64,000 nt of DNA from Treponema sp. (GCA_024698325.1 JAILRG010000042.1:5497-69496), one strand, 5' to 3'; counted from the stretch's first letter, positions 38,339-48,524 are shown. The notes: generated from the sequence alone by a model not told the origin. A program made the numbers and translations.

Positions 38339-38965
38339 GTGGCTCGGCATTTTGCAATTACCATAGCAAGAACGTTGGGAAGCGACGGCGGTGAGATAGC
38401 ACGCCGTGTTGCCCAAAAGCTCAATATCCGGTTCATCGACAAAGAGCTTTTGAGCTTAGCTTCTTCCGAAAGCGGAATCAATGAAGCGCTTTTTTCAATC
38501 ATGGATGAAAAAGTGAACAGAAGGATTTTCCGCCAGAGCACGGCCGCTTACCGCGGCGAAGTGTATGATCCAGGTCATGAAGATTTTTTGTCAAACAAAA
38601 ATCTTTTTGAATATCAAAGTAAGGTCCTGCGTGACATCTACAATTCGGGTGAACCGTTTATTGTGGTGGGACGCGCCGGAAGCTTTATCCTTGATGAATT
38701 CCCGCGGGTTGTAAAAGTGAGCGTAACAGCTTCAGAGCAATACTGCGTGGAAAACATCATGGACAGGAACTGCATCAGTGAAAGTGAGGCGAAAAAACTC
38801 ATTGCAAGGACAAACAAGTACCGCTATGAGTTTTTCAAATACTTTACTGGAAAGGAGTGGGGCAACCCGCTGAATTACGACTTGTGTCTCAATTCGTCAT
38901 CGATGGGAATTGAGAACTGCGTAGAGCTGATTGTTCATTCAGCAAAACTAAAAGGACTCTTGTAA
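38339..38965 (+). CDS. cytidylate kinase-like family protein
   Basis: ITIARTLGSDGGEIA, IVVGRAG and YDLCLNSS motifs. Confidence 0.85.
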   Translation: MARHFAITIARTLGSDGGEIARRVAQKLNIRFIDKELLSLASSESGINEALFSIMDEKVNRRIFRQSTAAYRGEVYDPGHEDFLSNKNLFEYQSKVLRDIYNSGEPFIVVGRAGSFILDEFPRVVKVSVTASEQYCVENIMDRNCISESEAKKLIARTNKYRYEFFKYFTGKEWGNPLNYDLCLNSSSMGIENCVELIVHSAKLKGLL

Positions 38966-39015
38966 AAGAGCGGTCATCAGAACGGTGATTAAAAAACATT
39001 TAGAGAGGTAAACGC

Positions 39016-40257
39016 ATGAAGAGAATCACACAGGTTACGTTAGGTGTTCTGGCAGCAGGTTTCATGGCATTCACAGGATGTAATGACAAAAAAGGCGCTT
39101 CTGACAAGATTAAGATTGCAATGCTTACGGATCTTACCGGAGATTTTTCCAGCTACGGTATTCAGGCAGCTATCGGTACAAAACTTGCCGTAAAAGAAAT
39201 CAATGCCGCAGGCGGCATTAACGGAAAGCAGATTGAGCTGATTCAGTACGACACGCAGACTGACAATACAATCTATCAGGAAATGGCAAGAAAGGTTTGT
39301 CTTGAAGACAAGGTAGATCTGGTGCTTGCGGGCATTTCAAGTGCATCTCGCGAAGCAATCCGCCCGATTTTTGAAGAGAACGAAACTCTCTATTTCTACA
39401 ACCAGGAGTATGAAGGCGGTGTTGCAAGCCACTATGTGTTCTGCTGCGGCCCGATTCCAGAGATGCAGATTGACCCGACGGTAGACCATCTTATGAAGAA
39501 CGTCTGTCCGGCTGGTGCAAAGGTTTACATCATTGCCGCTGACTACAACTTCGGACAGATTTCGTCACAGTGGGCAAAGAAGGCTGTTGAGCGCAACGGC
39601 GGTTCAGTCATCAAGACAGAATTCATTCCGCTGGGCGTAAGTCAGTTCAGTTCGACGATTGCAAACATCAACGCTGCAAAACCGGACATGATTATCTCGT
39701 TCTGCACTGGTGCGGCACACATGTCATTCTACGAGCAGTGGTCAAACAGCAAGTTTGCAGATATTCCGATTGTGACAACCTGTGCCCTTGCTATCAACGG
39801 TGAGCACAAGCTCTTTGCCCCGCCGGCAATGGCAAACGTATATGTCGGAGCGCCGTACTACGAAGAAGTAGCGACACCTGCCGCAAAGAAGTTTACGGCA
39901 ACGCTTAAGGCTGAAAATCCTTCTGTGAAATACATCGGCTGGGATGCGGAAACGACCTATACATCGCTCTACCTGTATAAGGCGGCAGTTGAAAAAGCCG
40001 GCACTACCGAAGTCGAGGCTGTTATTGCGGCTCTTGAAAGCGGCGTGAGCTTTGACGGTCCTGGCGGAATGGCGGTGATTAACGGAAAGGACCATCACAC
40101 AATCCGTGATATTGCAGTTGGCAAAGTTGAAAAGGACCACACGCTCAAAGTTATCGCAACATTCAAGGGTGTAAAGTCAAGTTTTATCGAAAGTCTTGGT
40201 GTTGACCTTGCCAAGGAAGGTAAGAAAGCTGCAAACATGCAGTACACACCGGAATGA
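39016..40257 (+). CDS. urea/amide ABC transporter substrate-binding lipoprotein (UrtA/FmdD-like)
   Basis: Lipobox AFTGC; SSASREAIRP, YEGG and ADYNFG motifs. Confidence 0.85.
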   Translation: MKRITQVTLGVLAAGFMAFTGCNDKKGASDKIKIAMLTDLTGDFSSYGIQAAIGTKLAVKEINAAGGINGKQIELIQYDTQTDNTIYQEMARKVCLEDKVDLVLAGISSASREAIRPIFEENETLYFYNQEYEGGVASHYVFCCGPIPEMQIDPTVDHLMKNVCPAGAKVYIIAADYNFGQISSQWAKKAVERNGGSVIKTEFIPLGVSQFSSTIANINAAKPDMIISFCTGAAHMSFYEQWSNSKFADIPIVTTCALAINGEHKLFAPPAMANVYVGAPYYEEVATPAAKKFTATLKAENPSVKYIGWDAETTYTSLYLYKAAVEKAGTTEVEAVIAALESGVSFDGPGGMAVINGKDHHTIRDIAVGKVEKDHTLKVIATFKGVKSSFIESLGVDLAKEGKKAANMQYTPE

Positions 40258-40351
40258 TGTAACAAAAGACGTTTAGCAAAACACAATGACGTGTTGAATC
40301 CAGCGCTTTGATGGGCTTCAGCACGTCATTTTTATTTTCAGGGGGTCGTAC

Positions 40352-41221
40352 ATGGATATAGTCGTTTCATACCTGTACCAGATTATAGACAGCTTCAGTT
40401 TTCTTATTCTGAGCTCAATCGGTCTGGCAGTTATATTCGGAATGATGAACATCATTAATATGGCACACGGCGAGTTCATCATGCTGGGAGCGTATATCTT
40501 TACAATCAGTGCGCTTGCCGGAGTTCCGTTTATCCTCAGCGTTTTGATTGCAGTTTTTGGTGTTACGCTATTCGGTGTCGTAATCCATAAACTTATCATC
40601 TCGAAACTTCACGCAAGACCGATGGACTCTATCGTTATTACATACGGTATGAGTCTTGTAATGAAGCAGCTGATACAGATTATTTTCGGCTCAACAATGC
40701 CGTCCGTATCAATGCCGCTTGGTTCAATAACAGTCGGCGGAAACGTTCTTTCGGTATACCGGCTTGTGCTTGTTGTGATTTCAATACTGATGCTTATTGC
40801 ATTCTACATGTTTTTCAACTACACGAAATTCGGCCTGTATTCACGCGCCACAATGCAGAATCAGGAAGTTGCTAAAGCGCTCGGTATCAACACGGGATTT
40901 GAATACTCAATGACGTTTGCCATAGGTGCAGGAATTGCAGGTCTTGCCGGTGCCCTCTATGCACCGGTTATGGCTGTTTCACCGGTTCTGGGCGACAGCT
41001 TTATTATTCAGGCATTCACTACAGTGGTCGTAGGCGGCGGAAACCCACTTATCGGAACATTCCTTTCCGGAACTGTTCTCGGAATTATCAGCGGCGTTGT
41101 TTCACTCGAACAGGGACAATTCATCGGAAAGATTGCCATGCTCGTTGCTGCAATCCTTTGCATCCGTGTACTTCCAAGCGGATTCTCAGGACTTGTTGAA
41201 AAGATCCGGAAGGGGATTTGA
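40352..41221 (+). CDS. urea/branched-chain-type ABC permease (UrtB-like)
   Basis: GLAVIFGMMNIINMAHGEFIMLGAY. Confidence 0.88.
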   Translation: MDIVVSYLYQIIDSFSFLILSSIGLAVIFGMMNIINMAHGEFIMLGAYIFTISALAGVPFILSVLIAVFGVTLFGVVIHKLIISKLHARPMDSIVITYGMSLVMKQLIQIIFGSTMPSVSMPLGSITVGGNVLSVYRLVLVVISILMLIAFYMFFNYTKFGLYSRATMQNQEVAKALGINTGFEYSMTFAIGAGIAGLAGALYAPVMAVSPVLGDSFIIQAFTTVVVGGGNPLIGTFLSGTVLGIISGVVSLEQGQFIGKIAMLVAAILCIRVLPSGFSGLVEKIRKGI

Positions 41222-41223
41222 TT

Positions 41224-42243
41224 ATGTACATAAAGCCACTTAATCGCATATTTAGAAACGAATCCGAAAATCTGGTTGCAGTACTGCTCTTTGCGTTTTT
41301 TATGATTCTGCCGGGAGTTACCTCAGCATACAAAATCCAGATTTATACAAACTTTTTCAACAGCATTTTGCTGTGTCTCAGCATTGTTTTCATCTGGGGC
41401 TACTGCGGAACATTCAGTTTCGGCCAGGCGGCCTTTTACGGACTGGGAGCTTATGGATACGCCATTCTCTCGGGAAACATGGGTATTCACTCGCTGACAC
41501 CGCTTGCAGCTTTGATTGCCATTGCAATTGTCTGGCTCTTCGCTCTAATTCTCGGGTACTTCATGTTCTACGGCGGCGTAAACGATGTCTTTGTCGGTAT
41601 TCTGACGCAATGTATAACGCTTGCGCTTTCAACATTCTTCGGCCAGACAGCGGGGCCTGAATGGCATGTCGGCAAGGTTCTGCTTGGCGGCTACAACGGA
41701 ATCAATAAGATTTCGGCGCTCTATTTGGGCGGCTTTAAGCTCAAGGGCATCGCACTCTACTATTTCTGTGCAGTCATCGTGTTTGCGCTGGTACTTGTGT
41801 TCAAGATTCTCGAAAGAACAAAGTTCGGCTACACAATGATTGCCATACGGGAAAACCGCCAGCGCAGCAGCATGTTCGGATACAACGTGCCGAGAGTACA
41901 GATGATTGTATTCAGCATCGGCGGAGCAATCGCAGCGTTTGCGGGAGTGCTGTATGCATCATGGGGCGGCTATGTATCGCCGTCATCAATGAGTATTACA
42001 CAGGCGACCCTGCCGGTAATTCTTGTAGCATCCGGCGGAAAGAAAAGCCCGGTAGCCGCAATGCTCTTTGGTTTTATCTACTACTTTGCAAACAACTTCC
42101 TTACAGGAGCCGGCAGCAGTTATTCGCTCCTTATCCTGGGACTTGCGCTTGTCATCGTAGTTTTGTTTGTTCCGCAAGGACTGTTTAAGGCGCTCTTTGG
42201 CGTTCTTGATGAAAAGATTATGAGGAGGTTCGACCATGAGTGA
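41224..42243 (+). CDS. urea/branched-chain-type ABC permease (UrtC-like)
   Basis: WGYCGTFSFGQAAFYGLGAY and AIRENRQR motifs. Confidence 0.88.
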   Translation: MYIKPLNRIFRNESENLVAVLLFAFFMILPGVTSAYKIQIYTNFFNSILLCLSIVFIWGYCGTFSFGQAAFYGLGAYGYAILSGNMGIHSLTPLAALIAIAIVWLFALILGYFMFYGGVNDVFVGILTQCITLALSTFFGQTAGPEWHVGKVLLGGYNGINKISALYLGGFKLKGIALYYFCAVIVFALVLVFKILERTKFGYTMIAIRENRQRSSMFGYNVPRVQMIVFSIGGAIAAFAGVLYASWGGYVSPSSMSITQATLPVILVASGGKKSPVAAMLFGFIYYFANNFLTGAGSSYSLLILGLALVIVVLFVPQGLFKALFGVLDEKIMRRFDHE

Positions 42244-42973
42244 AATTCAGATGACTGCAAAGCCCGTTGTGCTGGAAGTAAAAAATCTGGCAAAGCGCTT
42301 CGGCGGAATTACAGCTCTTACCGACTTTAATCTTACCGTCCGGCAGGGAGACATTCACTGTCTTATCGGACCGAATGGCGCGGGAAAGACGACCGTACTC
42401 AAAATCATCATGGGGCTTATGCCGCCATCAGCAGGCAAGGTTGAGCTTAACGGGCACAATATTACAGGCATGAAGTCACACGATGTCGTCAAAAAGGGCA
42501 TCTCCATAAAAATGCAGGTTCCCGGCGTTTATCCTGACCTGACACTGCGGGAAAACATGATTATTGCGGCGCAGAACTTTATTCCCAAAAGCAAGCTCTC
42601 CGCAGAAATCGACCGGCTGATTAAGCTTGTGAAGATTGACAATCTGGGGAATCCGCTTGTAAAGAATCTTTCGCATGGTCAGCAGCAGTGGCTGGAAATA
42701 GCCATGGCATTGTCCTGTAAGCCGAATATTCTGTTTTTGGACGAACCAGCCGCAGGACTTGGCCCGGAAGAAACGCAGTTTACCGCAGATTTAGTAAAAG
42801 AGCTTAATGCCCAAGGAATGACGATTCTGTTTATTGAGCACGACATGAACTTTGTCCGCGCAATCGCCAGACAGGTGACAGTTCTTCATCACGGCAGAAA
42901 ATTTGCAGAAGGAACGCTTGATGAAATTCTTGCAAATGAAGAAGTCGTTCAGATTTATCTTGGAAAGCAGTAG
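42236..42973 (+). CDS. ABC transporter ATP-binding protein (UrtD-like)
   Basis: GPNGAGKTT, LSHGQQQWLEI and LDEPAAG motifs. Confidence 0.9.
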   Translation: MSEIQMTAKPVVLEVKNLAKRFGGITALTDFNLTVRQGDIHCLIGPNGAGKTTVLKIIMGLMPPSAGKVELNGHNITGMKSHDVVKKGISIKMQVPGVYPDLTLRENMIIAAQNFIPKSKLSAEIDRLIKLVKIDNLGNPLVKNLSHGQQQWLEIAMALSCKPNILFLDEPAAGLGPEETQFTADLVKELNAQGMTILFIEHDMNFVRAIARQVTVLHHGRKFAEGTLDEILANEEVVQIYLGKQ

Positions 42974-42982
42974 GAGGTTGGT

Positions 42983-43684
42983 ATGCTAACGGTAACCGGC
43001 TTGTCATCAGGCTATGGCAAGGTACAGATATTGAATAATGTGAATCTGGATATTACGGAGGGAGAAATTGTGTCTGTCATCGGACGCAACGGCGTAGGCA
43101 AAAGCACCTTCTGTAAAACCGTCATCGGCATCCTTCCCACCATGAAAGGACAGATTATCTTTGACGGTGACAAGAATATCTCAAAGATGAGCGCATACAA
43201 ACGGGCAAGAGCGGGAATTGCCTATGTTCCGCAGGGACACGGCATTTTTCCAAAGCTCACTGTCGCAGAAAATCTTACCATCGGCGCCCTGATTAACGAA
43301 GCGCAAAAGGAAGAAGCCTACGACAGAATCTACACATATTTCCCGAGACTCGGGGAACGCCGCAATCAGCTGGCAGGAACTATGTCTGGCGGTGAGCAGG
43401 CTATGCTTTCTATTGGCAGGGCTTTGGTAAACAAGCCTAAAATCATGATTCTTGATGAGCCAAGCGAAGGCGTTCAGCCGAACATCGTCAACAAGATGGG
43501 AGAAATCGTCCAGAAAGTAAGCCGCGACCTGAACCTTACCGTGCTTATGATTGAGCAGCACCTTGGGCTGATTCAACAGGTCAGCCAGCGGGGATATGTC
43601 ATGGATAAGGGTCAGATTATCGAACCGCTGACAAAAGAGCAGATTAATGACGAATCCTATGTAACAAAGTTCCTTTCTGTATAA
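42983..43684 (+). CDS. ABC transporter ATP-binding protein (UrtE-like)
   Basis: GRNGVGKST, MSGGEQ and LDEPSEG motifs. Confidence 0.9.
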   Translation: MLTVTGLSSGYGKVQILNNVNLDITEGEIVSVIGRNGVGKSTFCKTVIGILPTMKGQIIFDGDKNISKMSAYKRARAGIAYVPQGHGIFPKLTVAENLTIGALINEAQKEEAYDRIYTYFPRLGERRNQLAGTMSGGEQAMLSIGRALVNKPKIMILDEPSEGVQPNIVNKMGEIVQKVSRDLNLTVLMIEQHLGLIQQVSQRGYVMDKGQIIEPLTKEQINDESYVTKFLSV

Positions 43685-43728
43685 AAAAATCAGGCAGGAG
43701 CCACACGGAATCTGTCTGTTTACCTCCC

Positions 43729-43775
43729 GGCACAGAATATCAAACGCCCCCTGATACTCTGTGCCCTTTTTATTT
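43729..43775 (+). terminator. intrinsic terminator
   Basis: ggcacagaatatca...tgatactctgtgcc followed by ctttttattt. Confidence 0.65.
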
Positions 43776-43828
43776 GTCCTGACTGAAACCCTGCTTTATC
43801 ACAAAGTTTTTCAGTTACAATCGTAAAC

Positions 43829-43966
43829 ATGGCAGAGCTGAATGAACCGACAATTGAGCGCCCCCTATATATGGAAACGCTTGCTAGATTCAAAGATTCT
43901 CACATCATAAAAATCCTGAGCGGAGTGCGGATTGTACATCTGCGGGATTTCCTGACAGGAGCGTAG
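43829..43966 (+). pseudogene. internally deleted AAA+ ATPase gene (COG1373/DUF4143-like), 45 codons
   Basis: IERPLYMETLARFKDSHIIKILSGVR (family N-terminus up to Walker A) is joined to IVHLRDFL (family C-terminus). Confidence 0.65.
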
Positions 43967-44163
43967 TTGCCGGACGGGGAGCTGGGCTGTGAAAATGGAA
44001 AATCCAGCTTTTTTTCGCGGGTATGCATGAAGAAGCTTTATGCGCTGCCCGTGCAAATTGTTGCCGTTTTTGTCATATAGACCTTTGCGGGGAAATGCAC
44101 TAAAGTGTACTCTATCATTTTGTATCTTGCGGCGTACGCGCCGTTTTTATAGGAGATTTAACT

Positions 44164-45189
44164 ATGGCAAAAGTAGTTACTTTTGGTGAACTGATGCTTC
44201 GCATTCAGCCGGCTGACTATTACCGCTTCGTGCAGGTTGATGAGATGACAACAACATTCGGCGGTGGAGAAGCAAATGTTTCAGTTTCTCTGGCTAACTA
44301 TGGCAACGAATCTTATTTCGTAACAAAGCTCCCGACCCACGAAATTGGTCAGGCAGCAGTGAACAGCCTGCGCAAATACGGCGTTCACACTGAATACATC
44401 GTTCGCGGCGGTCCGCGCGTTGGTATCTACTACAACGAAAAAGGCGCTTCACAGCGTGGTTCAAAATGTATCTATGACCGCGCCGGCAGCTCAATCCAGC
44501 TTGCAAAGCCGGAAGAGTTCAACTGGAAAGAAATCCTGAAAGGCGCTCAGTGGTTCCATATCACTGGTATCACACCGGCTCTGGGACCGAACATGGTTCA
44601 GGCTTGTATCGAAGCTTGCAAAGTAGCTCGCGAACTGGGTGTAACAACTTCCTGCGACCTTAACTACCGCGGTAAGCTCTGGACAAAAGACGAAGCCCGC
44701 GCAGCTATGACCGAAATCTGCAAATACGTTGACGTCTGCATCTCTAACGAGGACGACGCAAACGACGTTTTCGGCATCAAGAGCGAAGGCACCGACACAA
44801 CTAAGGGCGAACTGAACACTGAAGGCTACAAATCAGTAGCACGCCAGCTCAAAGAGAAGTTCGGCTTCAAGAAAGTTGCTATCACACTCCGCACTTCTAT
44901 CAACGCAAACCGCAACCTCTGGCAGGCTCTGCTGTACGTTGACGAGAAAGATTTTGCTTTCTCAAAGCAGTACGACATGCAGATCGTTGACCGCGTTGGC
45001 GGCGGCGACAGCTTCGGTGGCGGCCTTATCCACTCACAGCTCAAAGGCATGAACACTCAGGATTCAATCAACTGGGCAGTTGCAGCTTCTTGTCTGAAGC
45101 ACTCAATCATCGGTGACTACAACATGGTCAGCGAAGATGAAGTGAACAAGCTCGCAGGCGGCGACGGATCTGGTCGTATCCAGAGATAA
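44164..45189 (+). CDS. kdgK: 2-keto-3-deoxygluconate kinase (PfkB family)
   Basis: FGELMLR, GGGEANV, GASQRGS, DLNYR and DRVGGGDSF motifs. Confidence 0.88.
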   Translation: MAKVVTFGELMLRIQPADYYRFVQVDEMTTTFGGGEANVSVSLANYGNESYFVTKLPTHEIGQAAVNSLRKYGVHTEYIVRGGPRVGIYYNEKGASQRGSKCIYDRAGSSIQLAKPEEFNWKEILKGAQWFHITGITPALGPNMVQACIEACKVARELGVTTSCDLNYRGKLWTKDEARAAMTEICKYVDVCISNEDDANDVFGIKSEGTDTTKGELNTEGYKSVARQLKEKFGFKKVAITLRTSINANRNLWQALLYVDEKDFAFSKQYDMQIVDRVGGGDSFGGGLIHSQLKGMNTQDSINWAVAASCLKHSIIGDYNMVSEDEVNKLAGGDGSGRIQR

Positions 45190-45418
45190 AAAATCGCATC
45201 CATGCGATTTTTTATCTTGACAGTTTGCCGATGGCAAACTGTCCGTGCATAAATTGTGGGGGCGCATCCGTGCGCCCCTTGCTTTTACCCCGCGTCCATG
45301 CGGGGCATTTTTTTGTGTATTCAAACTGTCCGGGCATAAGTTGTGGCGCGGCTTCCATGCCGCGCTGCCTCCGTGTAATTTTTTAACGTGACAGAAGCTT
45401 TCGCTTCTGTCCGTGCAT
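45184..45418. repeat. cluster of REP-like hairpins (NTCCAT-loop family)
   Basis: Four C-NTCCRT-G loop hairpins (45184, 45259, 45288, 45346) and two GAC...GTC hairpins followed by CGTGCAT (45219, 45390). Confidence 0.75.
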
Positions 45419-45450
45419 TGGTGTAAGCGCCCGGCTTTGTGCGCTTGGAG

Positions 45451-45484
45451 ACAGCTCCATCCGAAAGGGTGGGGCTGTTTTTTA
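45451..45484 (+). terminator. intrinsic terminator
   Basis: acagctccatcc-gaaa-gggtggggctgt followed by ttttt. Confidence 0.8.
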
Positions 45485-45683
45485 AATAAGCAGGGCAGGA
45501 CACGCCTGTAGGCCGGGATTTTTTTTCGTGTCTAACCGCGACCGCGCTTTTCGACACAACAGAAAAGACTCTGGTAAACAAGTTGCGACTTGCGCGCTAC
45601 CTGCACTTTTTCAGACAGACAGCATTACCGGAAGCGTTTTTACGCATGGAAAGCGCAGCTGATTTCTGCAGATACAGTGCACT

Positions 45684-46256
45684 TTAGGCACTGTAGGTTT
45701 TTGCGCGGTAAATTGGTTTTTCGGTGATTACTTCGAGCAGAAAACCTTTTGCACGCAAAATTTCTTCTATCTCGTCGAGTATCTCGGAACTTGCGGCTTC
45801 GACCGTATGGTAATGGTAGCCGTGCGTGATATTTTTAAGAGGTGTAGAAACTCCGCTTTTCAAATCGTCCAGAAAATGCTGAACGTCGCGGCGGCAGCGG
45901 ATATTCATCGGTGCGCTTAAGGTTCCGTAGACTTTGTGGTCGATGTACACGTCAATGACTGACCCGCCGAGGTCAGTAATCGCCGTAAGCTCTTCTGCAA
46001 TCTGCTCATCCGTGTGATTCACCTTAAATATGCGGCGCTGCACGACGGAGTTTGCATCAGCAGATTTTGCAAGCAGATAACCTGCGTTTGTTGCGATAAT
46101 ATCTGAGCGGGAAGCACGCAAAAGTGCAATATCCGTAACGATGACCTGCCGGCTAACGCCCAGGCGTTCTGCCAGAGCGCTTCCGGATAGCGGAGACTGC
46201 GTTTCGCGCAGCAATGAGAGAATTTTGTTTCTTCGTTCCTCGCCAGTCAGTTTCAT
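45684..46256 (-). CDS. niaR: niacin-responsive repressor (HTH_11 plus 3H domain)
   Basis: ERRNKIL, VSRQVIVTDIALLR, HKVYG and HYHTV motifs; lies downstream of nadABC. Confidence 0.9.
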   Translation of the reverse strand: MKLTGEERRNKILSLLRETQSPLSGSALAERLGVSRQVIVTDIALLRASRSDIIATNAGYLLAKSADANSVVQRRIFKVNHTDEQIAEELTAITDLGGSVIDVYIDHKVYGTLSAPMNIRCRRDVQHFLDDLKSGVSTPLKNITHGYHYHTVEAASSEILDEIEEILRAKGFLLEVITEKPIYRAKTYSA

Positions 46257-46286
46257 CGTAACTCCTGCCCTATGACAGCATGCACC

Positions 46287-47138
46287 CTACAGTGCGTGCA
46301 GATTCTTAAGCGACAAGTCCAGAATAGGCGCAGAATGCGTAAGCGCCCCGCTAGAAATGTAGTTGACGCCCAAATCGGTAATGCGCGCAATGTTTTCTTT
46401 TGTGACATTGCCGGAAACCTCAACCTCTGCCTTACCTGCGATAATCTGCATAGCTTCTTTCATCACGTCATGGCTCATGTTGTCAAGCATGATGATGTCT
46501 GCCCCGGCGGCGACAGCTTCGCGTACCTGATCAAGTGTCTCAACTTCCACTTCTATCTTGCGCACAAAGGGTGCATATTCTTTTGCCATACGAACTGCAT
46601 TGGTAACGCTGCCTGCAGCACCGATATGGTTATCCTTTAAGAGGACGCCGTCAGAAAGATTGTAGCGGTGATTGTTACCGCCGCCGACTTTTACGGCATA
46701 TTTTTCAAAAATGCGATTATTCGGCGTTGTCTTGCGCGTATCAAGCAGTTTTGTCTTGGTGCCTGTAAGCAGAGCTGCCACCTGATGCGTATAGGTTGCA
46801 ATGCCGCTCATGCGCTGCAGGTAGTTAAGCGCCGTACGCTCTCCAGAAAGCAGCACGCGAATGTCACCGCGCACCTCGCCAATCTTCTGTCCTTTGGTAA
46901 CAGCGTCGCCATCTTTTACGGTAAAGCTTACCTTTGTGTCTGCGTCCAAAAGCTCAAAGGTGCGTGCAAACACGCCGAGGCCTGCGATAATGCCGTCCTG
47001 CTTTGCAATCAGCTCTACAACGCCGGGCTTTGCTTCGGGCATAACGGCATTGGTAGAAACATCTTCGCTCGAAATGTCTTCTCTAAGCGCTTGCAGAATT
47101 AAGTTGTCTGCGTTCATTTTCATTGTGATGCTGTTCAT
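46287..47138 (-). CDS. nadC: quinolinate phosphoribosyltransferase
   Basis: DTRKTTP, HRYNLSD, LKDNH, EVEVE and IMLDN motifs. Confidence 0.95.
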   Translation of the reverse strand: MNSITMKMNADNLILQALREDISSEDVSTNAVMPEAKPGVVELIAKQDGIIAGLGVFARTFELLDADTKVSFTVKDGDAVTKGQKIGEVRGDIRVLLSGERTALNYLQRMSGIATYTHQVAALLTGTKTKLLDTRKTTPNNRIFEKYAVKVGGGNNHRYNLSDGVLLKDNHIGAAGSVTNAVRMAKEYAPFVRKIEVEVETLDQVREAVAAGADIIMLDNMSHDVMKEAMQIIAGKAEVEVSGNVTKENIARITDLGVNYISSGALTHSAPILDLSLKNLHAL

Positions 47139-48504
47139 GGTATTCCTTCATTCGTTTGATTTCGTCTAAAACGATACGTTTATACTCAGTAAAAAGTGCG
47201 TCTGTATCTGCATAGCAGGCTGCATCCGGCTCGGTGCCGGTAAGTGCAAGGCGCTTAACAGATGCGATTTCTTTTTCTATCGCGCGGGCTGCAATGCGTG
47301 CAAACACAAGGCTTTCCAGAAGCGAGTTTGAGGCAAGGCGGTTCTTGCCGTGTACGCCGTTACAGCTTGTCTCGCCCACTGCATAGAGTGCATTAAGCGC
47401 GGTGCGGCTGTGTTCGTCCACGTCGACACCACCCATAAAGTAGTGCTGCGCCGGAACAACCGGAATCGGCTCTTTGGTGCAATCGTAACCGGCTGCAAGA
47501 CATTCTTCATAAATGTGCTTAAAGTGGCCGGTAATCTCTTCGCGCGGGATTTTTTCCATGCTAAGCCAGACACAGGGCGTGCCGTCTTTTTTCATCTGGG
47601 CATGTATTGCCTCTGTTACCACATCGCGCGGCAAAAGCTCGTTTATAAAGCGCACACCGCCGTCTTTAGGAAGCTTGTTGTATAAAACGCCGCCTTCACC
47701 GCGCACGCTTTCGCTGATTAAAAAGGCGCGGCCGCGTGTCGTTGTGGCAGAGCCGGTTTTACCTGAAGCAGAAGCAAAACCTGTGTACAGTGTCGTCGGG
47801 TGTATCTGAATGTAGTCCGGATTTTGCAGCGCAATGCCGTGCTTAAGGGCAATGGCAAGCGCGTCTCCTGTCAGGTGCGGGTAGTTTGTTGAATGCTCAA
47901 AAAGTCCGCCGATACCACCGCATGCCCACACGGTTTCAGAAGCGCGGATTGCAAAAACAGCGTCTTCGCTCTGTGCCACAATGCCGGTGCACCATTTTTT
48001 TCCGTCTGCGCTTGCAGCTTCGGTAATATCAAGCATGACCGTCTTTTCTAAAAGGCGCACGTTTTTCTTTGCGCGCACAGACTCTAAAAGATGGCTTGTA
48101 ATTTCTTTTCCGGTAATGTCTTCGTGAAACAGAATTCGCGGGGTAGAGTGAGCGCCTTCCTTGGTGTATTTAAGAGAGCCGTCTGCATTCTTTTCAAAAC
48201 GCGCCCCAAAGCGGATAAGGTCTGCGATAACCTCCGGCGAGTGCCGTATCATCAGCTCTACGGAGCGCTTGTTGTTTTCATAATGACCGGCGCGCATAGT
48301 GTCCTCAAAGTAGGCATCGTAGTCAGCCTCGTCTTTAAGCACACAGATGCCGCCCTGCGCCAGGTAGGAATCGCATTCTTCGGCGCCCGCTTTGGAGATA
48401 ATAACAATATCAAGTGATTCCGGCAGATTAAGCGCGCAGTACAAGCCTGCAACACCCGTGCCGACAATCAGCACATCACATGTCATGTCTTTTTTCTGAT
48501 TCAT
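47083..48504 (-). CDS. nadB: L-aspartate oxidase
   Basis: GTGVAG, AQGGI, EGAHS, QIHPT, HYFMGG and HGKNRLASNSLLE motifs. Confidence 0.95.
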   Translation of the reverse strand: MNQKKDMTCDVLIVGTGVAGLYCALNLPESLDIVIISKAGAEECDSYLAQGGICVLKDEADYDAYFEDTMRAGHYENNKRSVELMIRHSPEVIADLIRFGARFEKNADGSLKYTKEGAHSTPRILFHEDITGKEITSHLLESVRAKKNVRLLEKTVMLDITEAASADGKKWCTGIVAQSEDAVFAIRASETVWACGGIGGLFEHSTNYPHLTGDALAIALKHGIALQNPDYIQIHPTTLYTGFASASGKTGSATTTRGRAFLISESVRGEGGVLYNKLPKDGGVRFINELLPRDVVTEAIHAQMKKDGTPCVWLSMEKIPREEITGHFKHIYEECLAAGYDCTKEPIPVVPAQHYFMGGVDVDEHSRTALNALYAVGETSCNGVHGKNRLASNSLLESLVFARIAARAIEKEIASVKRLALTGTEPDAACYADTDALFTEYKRIVLDEIKRMKEYHEQHHNENERRQLNSASA

Positions 48505-48524
48505 AATCTCTCCAAATTAATGTC

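Noticed and set aside
47083-47138. Frameshift suggested by the 56-bp nadB/nadC overlap
   Set aside because: Both proteins look complete and nadC has its own AAGGA RBS.
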